NCBI GenBank assembly: GCA_039586795.1
Contig: JBDHJS010000017.1
Coordinates: forward strand, 32,001 to 96,000
DNA from: Gemmatimonadota bacterium
GTDB lineage: Bacteria > Gemmatimonadota > Gemmatimonadetes > Palauibacterales > KS3-K002
Direction: 5' to 3'
Length of the DNA: 64,000 nt
Shown: one piece after another, positions 50,135 to 58,576 of the stretch
How the letters are laid out: each line of letters opens with the position of its first letter
Position numbering within the stretch: position 1 is the stretch's first letter
Program-made: the position numbers and the translations under genes
Notes under the pieces: model-generated
The model's database searches: none
The model's input: the letters and a program-made list of their open reading frames with translations, nothing else
Told to the model about the DNA's origin: nothing

Positions 50135-50755
50135 ATGCGCAAGACGCTAACAGCAGCCTTGTTGATATTCGTAGCCGCCTCATCGAACGCCATGGCGCAG
50201 GACAAAGCCGACCTCAGTGGTATGGCCGGCTACGCCTTCGGCGCCAGTGTCGATGTCTTGACCGGAAAGGTGAAGGTGGAGGACGCCGCCGCCTACAGCG
50301 CGACGCTCGGCTTCAAGCCGCAGCGCAACTCACAGGTGGAGCTCAACTGGACCTACCATCCAACGGACCTCCGTTACACACCGTTCACCGCCCCGGTAGA
50401 GACGATCGGACTCGACGTCCACTACTTCCAGATCGGTGGTATGCAAGAGTTCCCGTCAGGCCAGGCGAAGCCGTTCGTGAAGTTCAGCCTGGGTGCGACC
50501 TACTTCAACCCGGCATCGGGGAACCTGGGTGGGGTGAACGTGAGCTCAGAGTGGAGGTTCTCGATGATGCTCGGTCTCGGCGCCAAGTACTTCTTCAGTC
50601 CGCGCGTCGGGCTCCGACTGCAGGGTGACCTGATCGGTACGTTCCTGAGTTCCAGTGGCGGCGTGTTCTGCGGCTTCGGCGGCTGTTCTCTGGGGCTGTT
50701 CGGGTATGGCATGTGGTCGGGCGACCTCATGGGCGGTCTCACTATCGCCATGTAA
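50135..50755 (+). CDS. Small outer-membrane beta-barrel protein (resembles 48223..48861)
   Basis: Signal peptide; VHYFQIGG, RFSMMLGLGAKYFFSPRVGLRL, FCG..GC loop. Confidence 0.8.
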   Translation: MRKTLTAALLIFVAASSNAMAQDKADLSGMAGYAFGASVDVLTGKVKVEDAAAYSATLGFKPQRNSQVELNWTYHPTDLRYTPFTAPVETIGLDVHYFQIGGMQEFPSGQAKPFVKFSLGATYFNPASGNLGGVNVSSEWRFSMMLGLGAKYFFSPRVGLRLQGDLIGTFLSSSGGVFCGFGGCSLGLFGYGMWSGDLMGGLTIAM

Positions 50756-50843
50756 TCATGGCGATCACTCGATCGGCGCCGATGCAAGACGCCCCGCGGC
50801 TTCATGGCCACGGGGCGCTTTGCTATTCGCGGTCTGCCATCGA

Positions 50844-51323
50844 CTACGGAATCAGCGGCAGCTCCGTCTGCACCTGCAGCAGGATCAGGTTGGTGATGGT
50901 ACGCTCCAACTGAAGCCAACGAGCCGCGGTTCTTGAATCGACGTCCTTGTTGAACTTCTTGAAGTAATCCTTCCGCAGCTTGATCCGGTCTTCCTCGATC
51001 TTGATGCTCGTCTCGGCCAACTCCTTCGCCTTCTCATCCGTCATCGTCTCGAAACTATCGGCGAAGTCCTTGATCAACGCGATGTAACGGTCCGAAATCG
51101 CCGCCAGCTTGGTGTCGTACTCGCGGTAGATCGGCCAAAAGGCGGAACCCTGCTCGTCGGTGAGCTCCAAAGCCTCCGTGAGGAGCGCCACCTTTTGGGT
51201 CTGGATGTCCGACCTCAGGAGCTCGATGTACCTGTCGTAGCTCTCCTGCCCGAAGGCCGACGAGAGCGGGGCCAGGACCAGGCCCAGGACCGCTACCGCT
51301 ATAACATGCTTGAGCGCGCGCAT
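50844..51323 (-). CDS. Secreted helical hypothetical protein
   Basis: Signal peptide; LELTDEQ..AFWPIYREY (Spy/CpxP-like helical pattern). Confidence 0.8.
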   Translation of the reverse strand: MRALKHVIAVAVLGLVLAPLSSAFGQESYDRYIELLRSDIQTQKVALLTEALELTDEQGSAFWPIYREYDTKLAAISDRYIALIKDFADSFETMTDEKAKELAETSIKIEEDRIKLRKDYFKKFNKDVDSRTAARWLQLERTITNLILLQVQTELPLIP

Positions 51324-51422
51324 ATGAACCCTCCAGTTGAGGCGACTTGCTCAGTTCGTGTATGACGGCCCGGAAGTTAGGCCGGGCCAGACCTTCGTCA
51401 AGGGATTATATTGCCGCGCAAG

Positions 51423-52061
51423 ATGCGCATGCCCATCACACTCACGAAACTCGCGGCGGCGATCGCGCTGGCACTCTGTCTGGCGCCGGCCGCGCGCGCG
51501 CAGGACAGCGACGACTCTGACTGGACCCGGGTCGCCGGCGGCGCCCTCGGACTGTACTCGGGCGCCGTGCTCGGTTCGCTGGGCACGCTGATCCCGTGCA
51601 CCCAGACCTACGAGGGACCGAAGTGCGTGTGGGCCGGCGGCGCGATCGGCGGCGCGGTGGGGCTGGCGAGCGGGATCTATTTGGGCGGTGTCGACAAGAG
51701 CGCCGTCGAGCGCTCGGCGAAGGGCGCGGCGTTCGGCTTGCTGGCGGGCTCCGCCGTCGGCCTCGTGGTCAGATACACGGTTCAGCGCTCCGGTTGGGGC
51801 GATGTGGTTTCGGGGGGCATGGTCGGAGCCGCCATCGGAGCGTCGGCCAAGGGCGCCGCCCTGGGTTTCGCCGCCGGCTCATTTGTGGGGCTGGCCCTGT
51901 GGCGGATCTTCCCCGACTTCGATCTTCCCAATGCGGTCGGCGTCGCCTTCGCGGGTATGGCGGTGGGCGGCATCAGCTACTGGACGATTCAGGGTCTCCA
52001 GGCGGACGACGAAGATGGCAACGGGCAGCCGCTTACTCTTTCCTTCAACCTATCCTTCTGA
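51423..52061 (+). CDS. Glycine-zipper membrane/secreted protein
   Basis: Signal peptide; repeated GxxxG helices; terminal LSFNLSF. Confidence 0.7.
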   Translation: MRMPITLTKLAAAIALALCLAPAARAQDSDDSDWTRVAGGALGLYSGAVLGSLGTLIPCTQTYEGPKCVWAGGAIGGAVGLASGIYLGGVDKSAVERSAKGAAFGLLAGSAVGLVVRYTVQRSGWGDVVSGGMVGAAIGASAKGAALGFAAGSFVGLALWRIFPDFDLPNAVGVAFAGMAVGGISYWTIQGLQADDEDGNGQPLTLSFNLSF

Positions 52062-52064
52062 ACG

Positions 52065-53225
52065 GTGATGCAGCGCGCGCTCGCTCCAGCTCTCATCGCC
52101 CTGGCGTTTGCGCCGGCGTGCACGATGCACTACGGGATGCAGCCCAAGCCCGACCCGGCGTGCCCCACAAAAGGTGAAAGCGCTACGGCGATCGATTGGT
52201 ACGAGCCCGAACGAGAGGGCGACGTCAAATCGTTGGACGCCTGGTGCCGCACCGTCGGACCCGTCGTGGTCGATTCTCTACCGGCCCATGACTTCGGCCC
52301 GCATGGCACGGCCGACTCGCTGATCGTGGTGACGTGGAATGTCCACGGCGGAGCGGCAGACCCGTTGTCCTTCTTGAGCGAAGAACTGGGCCTATCCTGC
52401 ACCTCGGCCGGTCCGAACATCGGTCCAGGCTTCGGACATTTCGTGCTGCTGCTGCAGGAGGTCTTTCGTCGCTCCGACTCGCTGCCCGTCGTTCAAAAGG
52501 GCTCGACGATCCCGCCACCGCTCAAAGAGGAACACCGGCCTGGTGAGCGCATCGACATCGCGGAGCTCGCGGAGCGCTGCGGTCTGGCGCTCATCTACAT
52601 CCCATCGATGCGCAACGGCGCGAGCGAAGAAGGTGGTACGGGCGAGGACCGGGGCAACGCGATTCTCTCGACGTTGCCGCTCTCCGACTTCATAGCGGTC
52701 GAGCTGCCGTTCGAAGCGCAACGGCGCGTCGGCGTGGCGGCGACGATTCACAGCCCAACCGGAGACAGCCTTCGCGTGGTCAGTCTCCACCTTGATGTGT
52801 CATCGAGTCTGGAGCGAACGCTGCGGACTGGAAACTCCACACGACTCCGCCAGGGACTGGGACTCGTTGAAGCGCTCAGGGATGTCGAGCTTTCACGCGC
52901 CGCGGGCTACGACCCCGCGCTGGCCGCCTGCTATCCCGAATGTCCTCCGGGTGCAGAAGTCCGTTACACGATAGCAACGATCGCGGCGGGGGACTTCAAC
53001 ACCTGGTCCAACGACGACACCGCGCTCCTCCACCTCAGAGAGCACTTCCCCGACTCCCCGGATTGGGATGGACTTCCGACGAAGAACGCCTATCCCGCGG
53101 ATCACATACTCTTCCGTGAGGCGGCCGACGGAGGAATCGATTGGGTCGAGGGCACGTACCGCCGCATCGAGGATCGGTACCACTCGGATCACTGGGCGCG
53201 GTCGCTACTGATGAGATGGCCTTAG
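52065..53225 (+). CDS. Endonuclease/exonuclease/phosphatase (EEP) family lipoprotein
   Basis: TWNVH, LLQEV, GNAILS, SLHL, GDFN, DHI, SDH; lipobox-like APAC. Confidence 0.9.
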   Translation: MMQRALAPALIALAFAPACTMHYGMQPKPDPACPTKGESATAIDWYEPEREGDVKSLDAWCRTVGPVVVDSLPAHDFGPHGTADSLIVVTWNVHGGAADPLSFLSEELGLSCTSAGPNIGPGFGHFVLLLQEVFRRSDSLPVVQKGSTIPPPLKEEHRPGERIDIAELAERCGLALIYIPSMRNGASEEGGTGEDRGNAILSTLPLSDFIAVELPFEAQRRVGVAATIHSPTGDSLRVVSLHLDVSSSLERTLRTGNSTRLRQGLGLVEALRDVELSRAAGYDPALAACYPECPPGAEVRYTIATIAAGDFNTWSNDDTALLHLREHFPDSPDWDGLPTKNAYPADHILFREAADGGIDWVEGTYRRIEDRYHSDHWARSLLMRWP

Positions 53226-53358
53226 GATTCGGGGATTCGGGGATTACGAGGGTCGGGGATTGAATCGGGGATTGAGTTGGGGATAGAGAAATCGGGGAGC
53301 GGGCAACGCCCGACTCCCCGATTCCCTGAAACCCTGAATCTCGTAATCCCAGAATCCC
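53224..53358. repeat. Long imperfect inverted repeat built from GGGGATT-like units between convergent genes
   Basis: Core aatcggggagcgggc-aac-gcccgactccccgatt; outer gggattacgag / ctcgtaatccc. Confidence 0.75.
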
Positions 53359-53963
53359 TACTGCCAGGCCACTCCTACGCCGAAGGCGAAGTAGGTCTGG
53401 GACTCGAGGCTGCCTGCGGCCGCCTGCCAATGGAAACGGGCAAACGCGAACGCTGCCGATCGCCAACCCGCGGGGAAGGCGATACCGGCATCCGCCGCCA
53501 GAGTGAACGGCCAGGTGTCGTCCTCGATGATCACGCCACCCAGGTTGACGCGGTGCTCTGAGAAACTGAGACCCGCGCCGCCGCCCAGGTACGGCCGGGC
53601 GCCACCCCTCTGCCCGAAGAAGTAATGCGCCATGACCATGAGCGGGAACGAATTGATCGTCCGGATCTGGTATCCCTGAACATCGAAACCCACTGCGTCG
53701 CCCTCGAAACCGACCACCGAGTCTGTCTCGGCGTTCATCACCTGCCAGCCGAGGGAGAAACCGATGGATACGTTCGGCTTGACGATCCTGCGGCCTTCCA
53801 TGGTGACGCCGCGCCAGCTCCAGCCGGCGGCGAAGTCCTTCGTGTTACCCACCGGCAGGACCGGTGTGTACGCGAATCCGAAGAAGTAGTCATCCTGCGC
53901 GTAGGCCTTGCCACCGCACAGGACGAGGGCGATCAAAACAGATACGAGAACTCTCGTCTTCAT
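53358..53963 (-). CDS. Outer-membrane beta-barrel protein (OmpW/OmpA-like)
   Basis: Signal peptide; FPLMVMAHYFF, RPYLGGGAG, terminal FGVGVAWQ. Confidence 0.85.
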   Translation of the reverse strand: MKTRVLVSVLIALVLCGGKAYAQDDYFFGFAYTPVLPVGNTKDFAAGWSWRGVTMEGRRIVKPNVSIGFSLGWQVMNAETDSVVGFEGDAVGFDVQGYQIRTINSFPLMVMAHYFFGQRGGARPYLGGGAGLSFSEHRVNLGGVIIEDDTWPFTLAADAGIAFPAGWRSAAFAFARFHWQAAAGSLESQTYFAFGVGVAWQ

Positions 53964-53994
53964 GTCTCTATCCTCAATCCTCTAGTGGCTCGTC

Positions 53995-54699
53995 CTACTG
54001 GTTGACCTGCAAGTAAGGCGACTGGCTGAACGCCTGATTGAACGCGCGGTTGACCCGGCCGCAATCACCGCTGCCGGAAACGTTCGACAGGACGCCGTTC
54101 ATCGCCGCCGTCCACGGCACGCGATAGAGCGTGTCGCCTTCCTCCGGCGGCGCGACCATGTCCATGAACATGGTGCCCGTCGTATAGCTCGAGACGCCGC
54201 CTGTGAAGCAGCAGCCCCAGCCGGGCCACCAGCCGCCCCACCAGCCGCCCCACCAGCCGCCCCAACCCCAGCCGGGCCACCAACCGCCCCAGGCGACCCA
54301 GTTCTGGTTCATGGTGCCTTCGACCAGCAGCACCACATCGGGGGTGTCTGGGTTGATCGCGCCGGGCGTCGTGTCAAAGGTGACGCGGGTCCAGCCATAG
54401 GCCGCCATGTTGTCCGCGACTGTCCTCAGGATATCTCCATCGCAGCCGCGCGGCAGGTTCAGCGTGTCGCTGGCATTCGTCGTGTCACGGAACTGGATGA
54501 TGGTATCGGGCATGAAGTACTTCGAGTCTGTACCCCATGGCCACTGCAGGGAATACCTCGTCCCCGTGATGTCGGTCTGCGCGTTGCTCGTGATCTCTCC
54601 CGGGTAACAGGCCCAGATGACCAGTCCGAGCCCCAACAGGACCAGGGCCGGTCGAGCAGCGCCCAGTATCCGGATGCGCCCAAACGAGGCAATCTTCAT
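53995..54699 (-). CDS. DUF4136-like lipoprotein with Trp/Gly-rich loop
   Basis: Lipobox IWAC; NMAAYGW, PDVVL, YTTGTMFMDMV, WTA, AFSQSPYL. Confidence 0.8.
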   Translation of the reverse strand: MKIASFGRIRILGAARPALVLLGLGLVIWACYPGEITSNAQTDITGTRYSLQWPWGTDSKYFMPDTIIQFRDTTNASDTLNLPRGCDGDILRTVADNMAAYGWTRVTFDTTPGAINPDTPDVVLLVEGTMNQNWVAWGGWWPGWGWGGWWGGWWGGWWPGWGCCFTGGVSSYTTGTMFMDMVAPPEEGDTLYRVPWTAAMNGVLSNVSGSGDCGRVNRAFNQAFSQSPYLQVNQ

Positions 54700-54872
54700 T
54701 GCCGTTTCCTCCTTGTTGTACTCAGCTGTTGTTCCACCAAAATTGGCAACCCATAGCTACCACGCCGCCCGTGCCAAGTCAAGCAGGCACCCCTTACTTT
54801 GACATCCTGCGGCCTGCTAGCGTTGCCGCGTCCAGACGAATCGCGAGCCGAGACAGGTTTGTTCCCCGACGG

Positions 54873-55418
54873 CTACTTGGAATCCGGTGGAAATCGCTTC
54901 AAGATTTCGGCCGTCACGTCGTTGACGGCCCGCGTGATCTGCTCGGCGGTCGGATTGCTCGCCAGCGCGCCCTGCGCCCAACCGCGCCAGGCAACTTCCT
55001 CCTGCTCCACGTCGATCACATCGATGATCAGAGTGCCCTCCGTCCACTGCCGCGCGTGGGCTTGCATTCCCCCGTACGGATAGTAGCCCCACCCGGTGTA
55101 GTAGCTGCGAACGTCTACCTTATCTTGCGTGGACAAAAGGAAGTTCACGACGAAGTCCGGCGTGCCCGAGATATCTCGCGTATAACCCTTCGCCTCGAGC
55201 TCGTTCTGGACGGCGTTTTTCACCCGGCGCTCGACCAACTGATCCATACCCCTATCCAGCTGGATCGTCGGGTCTACGATCTCTATCCACTGCCAAGTCC
55301 GGTATCCGGAGAACGCAATCTCCGGATTGAAGTCGGAGTTAAAGGACGTCGAAGAGCAGCCGACGCTCAGCGCGGCCACCAGCCCGAAGGCCCAATACGA
55401 TCGGACACGTTGCCTCAT
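54873..55418 (-). CDS. DUF4136 lipoprotein
   Basis: Lipobox SVGC; FSGYRTW, ELEAKGY, PDFVV, EGTLIIDVID, WRG, ILKRFPP. Confidence 0.88.
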   Translation of the reverse strand: MRQRVRSYWAFGLVAALSVGCSSTSFNSDFNPEIAFSGYRTWQWIEIVDPTIQLDRGMDQLVERRVKNAVQNELEAKGYTRDISGTPDFVVNFLLSTQDKVDVRSYYTGWGYYPYGGMQAHARQWTEGTLIIDVIDVEQEEVAWRGWAQGALASNPTAEQITRAVNDVTAEILKRFPPDSK

Positions 55419-55815
55419 GGATCATCTCTCCTGGAAATTGGTATAGCAAAGGTAGCAGAAACGTAGATCCCGGTTACCCCCTCCGGATACATACCAACGC
55501 GCAGCACGATCCCCGGTCTCATCCCCATCAGGCATAGTGTAACCTGTCACACCTGCCGCTTGACGGGGTTCACTACCAACCCGGGTCACGATAGATTGCG
55601 CCGGCGTTCGCACAGCGAACGCCCTACGATCGCGAGGCGATAGGATCTTTAGAAAGCTCACTTCCCCGGTCATCCCGAACGGCCTATTCCTAGCCGCGGC
55701 GTTCCTCATCCTCACCTGGGAGCCGGCGCGCGCCTGGGGCGCCGAGTTCGCCCCCGCTTACCGGGCGGTCTATATCATTAGCATCATCCAGTGCTGGCGG
55801 TTCCACCGTGCCCGG

Positions 55816-56880
55816 ATGATGATGGCCCTGGTCATACTGTTCCTCGTCGACCTCATGCTGAGCCAGTACGCGGGAGTAGGGCTGTCGCAGGCAGGAGACG
55901 GTCACGTCGTCTACAATTTGATCGCGGTGCTGCTCCCGATAAACCTGCTGGCGCTGTCATTGCTGCCCGAGCGGGGACCGCTGACAGTTCAGGGGATCGC
56001 ACATTGGGCGGCAATCGTCATTCAGCCTGCCGCGGTGATCCAGTTGTTCAAGTCGCGTAATCAGGACTTCTTTGGCTTTTTGGATTTCAGAGTCCTTGGC
56101 GACGCTAGCCCGGCGTGGACGGACGTTCCGGATCTATCCTTCGTACTCTTCGTCATCGCGTTCGGCATCCTACTCGGTCGCTACATCTGGCGGCCCGACG
56201 CCGAGCGCAACACGCTCGCCTGGGTAATCATCGCCTCCTTCCTCGCCCTCACTCCTGGCTTCGGTGGTCTCGAGTCGACGACCTACCTGGCGACGGCGGG
56301 CCTGATGATCATCGTGTCGGTTGCGGACACGTCCTATCGACTCGCGTTCCAGGATGCGCTTACCGGCCTGCCGACGCGCCGCGGGATGTACGAGTTGATC
56401 TACCAAGCCAGCCACGCCAACTACACCGTCGGGATGGTCGACGTCGATCACTTCAAGGCGTTCAACGACAAGCACGGCCACGACGTGGGGGACCAGGTGT
56501 TGCGCATGGTTGCTGCGGTCATGGCGAAGGTAGGTGGAGGCGGCAAAGCATTTCGTTACGGCGGCGAGGAGTTCGCGGTCATCTTCCCCGGTAAGAAGGT
56601 CGAGCAGACACAGGAGCACCTCGAGAAGCTCCGCGCCACAATCGCCGGAAGAGTGTTCGTCATTCGCGGTCCGGGACGACCGCGTAAGAAACCGGACATC
56701 CCAAAGCAGGTCGGGAAACGACAGGCGCTCAAAGTCAGCGTCAGCATCGGCGCCGCCGACAACGCTTTCAAGGAGCACGAGCAGCCAGACGAAGTCATCA
56801 AGGCCGCCGACGAAGCGCTCTACGCCGCGAAAGAGGCGGGCCGGAATCGGGTGCGCATCCGGGCGAAACCGAAGATCTAG
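55816..56880 (+). CDS. Membrane diguanylate cyclase (GGDEF); true start probably further upstream, near 55645
   Basis: Several TM helices; DALTGL, DVDHFKAFND.HGHDVGD, RYGGEEF, VSIG, ADEALYAAK..GRN. Confidence 0.93.
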   Translation: MMMALVILFLVDLMLSQYAGVGLSQAGDGHVVYNLIAVLLPINLLALSLLPERGPLTVQGIAHWAAIVIQPAAVIQLFKSRNQDFFGFLDFRVLGDASPAWTDVPDLSFVLFVIAFGILLGRYIWRPDAERNTLAWVIIASFLALTPGFGGLESTTYLATAGLMIIVSVADTSYRLAFQDALTGLPTRRGMYELIYQASHANYTVGMVDVDHFKAFNDKHGHDVGDQVLRMVAAVMAKVGGGGKAFRYGGEEFAVIFPGKKVEQTQEHLEKLRATIAGRVFVIRGPGRPRKKPDIPKQVGKRQALKVSVSIGAADNAFKEHEQPDEVIKAADEALYAAKEAGRNRVRIRAKPKI

Positions 56881-56915
56881 TACGAATCATTTCTCCGCAG
56901 CTCCCCTCCTCAATT

Positions 56916-57542
56916 TCAACTCGTCCCCATCTCCGGCGTCATGCTCTCGGCGCGTTGTTTGATGCCGAGCATGTGCTTCCGCATCATGATGATCTCGAAG
57001 AAGTCCATCATGAGCTTCGATCTGATGGTTGGCGCCCGCACACGGAGTCGTGTCACCAGGCGCGTCTGGCCCGTTCCCGTTGGATAGAGACCCCACGCCC
57101 ACGTCCAGGTGGCGTCATGCTCGATCACCAGTAGCATGGCTCTCTCGTGCTCCAGCACGACGACCTCGGCATCCACCGTTGCCGTTAACGGGATCGCATC
57201 GCCCTCTCTCAAGCCCTGATACATAGGCATGATCGTGTCGGAGCTCGGGATACCATCGTTGTCCAGGCGGTCATGACTGTAGAAACCGGCCCTCCGGTAT
57301 CCGATCTGGATGATCCACGGCCAGATCGCGGACGGTGCTGCGTGGACGGTGACGCTTCGCGTCGCGTTGAAGGTCGGCGCGGGCACGATGCTGTCGCCCG
57401 GCATCAACTGAGAGACTTCCTCGTCCGTCGCTCCCCAGTTCAGAGCCCATGGACGATAGACAAACCAGAGCAGCACGAACGCGCCGATGAATACGATCGC
57501 CAACGCGGAAGCCCAAAGACGAAACTTTCTCGATCGGAACAT
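56916..57542 (-). CDS. SRPBCC/START-like domain protein with N-terminal anchor
   Basis: WGATDEE..MPGD, TRSVTVHAAPSAIWPWIIQIG..RAGFYS, TRLVTR, IMMRKHMLGIKQRAE. Confidence 0.8.
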   Translation of the reverse strand: MFRSRKFRLWASALAIVFIGAFVLLWFVYRPWALNWGATDEEVSQLMPGDSIVPAPTFNATRSVTVHAAPSAIWPWIIQIGYRRAGFYSHDRLDNDGIPSSDTIMPMYQGLREGDAIPLTATVDAEVVVLEHERAMLLVIEHDATWTWAWGLYPTGTGQTRLVTRLRVRAPTIRSKLMMDFFEIIMMRKHMLGIKQRAESMTPEMGTS

Positions 57543-57552
57543 GCTGGCCTCG

Positions 57553-57765
57553 CTACTCTTTCCACTCGAAGACATCTTCGACAGTCATGCCGAACGTGCG
57601 CGCGATACGGAACGCCAGTGCCAGCGACGGAACGTAGCGACCCTGCTCGAGCATCACGATGGTTTGCCGCGTGCACTCCGCCCGCGTAGCGAGCTCTTGC
57701 TGCGTCATCTCGCCGTGCTGGAAGCGCAGCGCGCGGATCCGGTTCTTGATCTCAGCTTTCGCCAT
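57553..57765 (-). CDS. XRE-family HTH transcriptional regulator
   Basis: NRIRALR..MTQQELA....TRQTI..LEQGRYVPSL.LAFRIA. Confidence 0.95.
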   Translation of the reverse strand: MAKAEIKNRIRALRFQHGEMTQQELATRAECTRQTIVMLEQGRYVPSLALAFRIARTFGMTVEDVFEWKE

Positions 57766-58327
57766 GACCGTGCCACCCCGCGTATCCCATCAAGATGCCG
57801 ACCTCGCGACCGAGCAGCGCCGCGATGAACGTGGTCCAGAGCATGAACGTTGGATAATCGATGGGGACAGCCTTGGCCTCCCAGTAGACCTCGGTGAGGC
57901 CGACGACCCAAACGACGAGCGTCAGGAAGCCGGCGATCAACGCCACGGCCAGCGCTCGCGTCATGATCGCCCGGTCCCGCTCATCTGCTAGCACTTCTGA
58001 TTCGCGCGCCTGCGTCAGTCTCAGCACGACGAAGTATGAGATGAAACCCGCCGCGAAGATGGCGTACGTGAGGAATCGGGTTGTTGGTTGTTGGGAATAG
58101 TTCGCCGGGCCGGCCGCCGACACGACGGCGACCAGCGCGATCGACATGACGGCCCCGATGCCGAGGCCCCACCAGGCGCGTTTCTGCTGCGGAGTCATCG
58201 GGAGGTCAGCGTCCTCTTCCCTCGAGGACGCCGCTCGACGGAATCCGCCGCGGACGAAGGTCTTCAGGCCGAGGGCGAATAGCACGAAGCCTACGGCGGC
58301 GGCGACGATCCAGATCCAAGGTGACAT
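57752..58327 (-). CDS. DUF2178-like membrane protein
   Basis: TM helices and DERDRAI motif; overlaps the XRE gene. Confidence 0.8.
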   Translation of the reverse strand: MSPWIWIVAAAVGFVLFALGLKTFVRGGFRRAASSREEDADLPMTPQQKRAWWGLGIGAVMSIALVAVVSAAGPANYSQQPTTRFLTYAIFAAGFISYFVVLRLTQARESEVLADERDRAIMTRALAVALIAGFLTLVVWVVGLTEVYWEAKAVPIDYPTFMLWTTFIAALLGREVGILMGYAGWHGHGES

Positions 58328-58351
58328 AATATCTTTCTCCTACACAGCTAG

Positions 58352-58413
58352 GTCAGGTTTATTGGACATATAGTATGATATTTTTGTCATTGTGTCAAGT
58401 ATTTTGGACATAT
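58352..58413 (-). promoter_or_regulatory. Promoter TTGACA-N17-TACTAT flanked by a duplicated operator-like site
   Basis: gtcaggtttattggacatat (58352) and gtcaagtattttggacatat (58394); tgtcaa at 58393-58398. Confidence 0.7.
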
Positions 58414-58471
58414 GCTGGCGACGGTGCTGTTGTTGGAGATGTTGAAGTCGCGGGCGCGGGCGGTGAGGCGC

Positions 58472-58494
58472 GGGCGACGACGGGGCGTTGACGT
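58472..58494 (+). repeat. 23-bp direct repeat, copy 1
   Basis: gggcgacgacggggcgttgacgt, identical to 60990-61012. Confidence 0.8.
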
Positions 58495-58576
58495 CGACGT
58501 CGACGGGGGATGTGAGGCAACCCGGGGGGAGTTGAGGTCATCAAAAGGACTATAATAGGGAAATGGAGATTGCCCG

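Noticed and set aside
53224..53358. Possible CRISPR array
   Set aside because: Units are 7-8 nt without unique spacers; no cas genes
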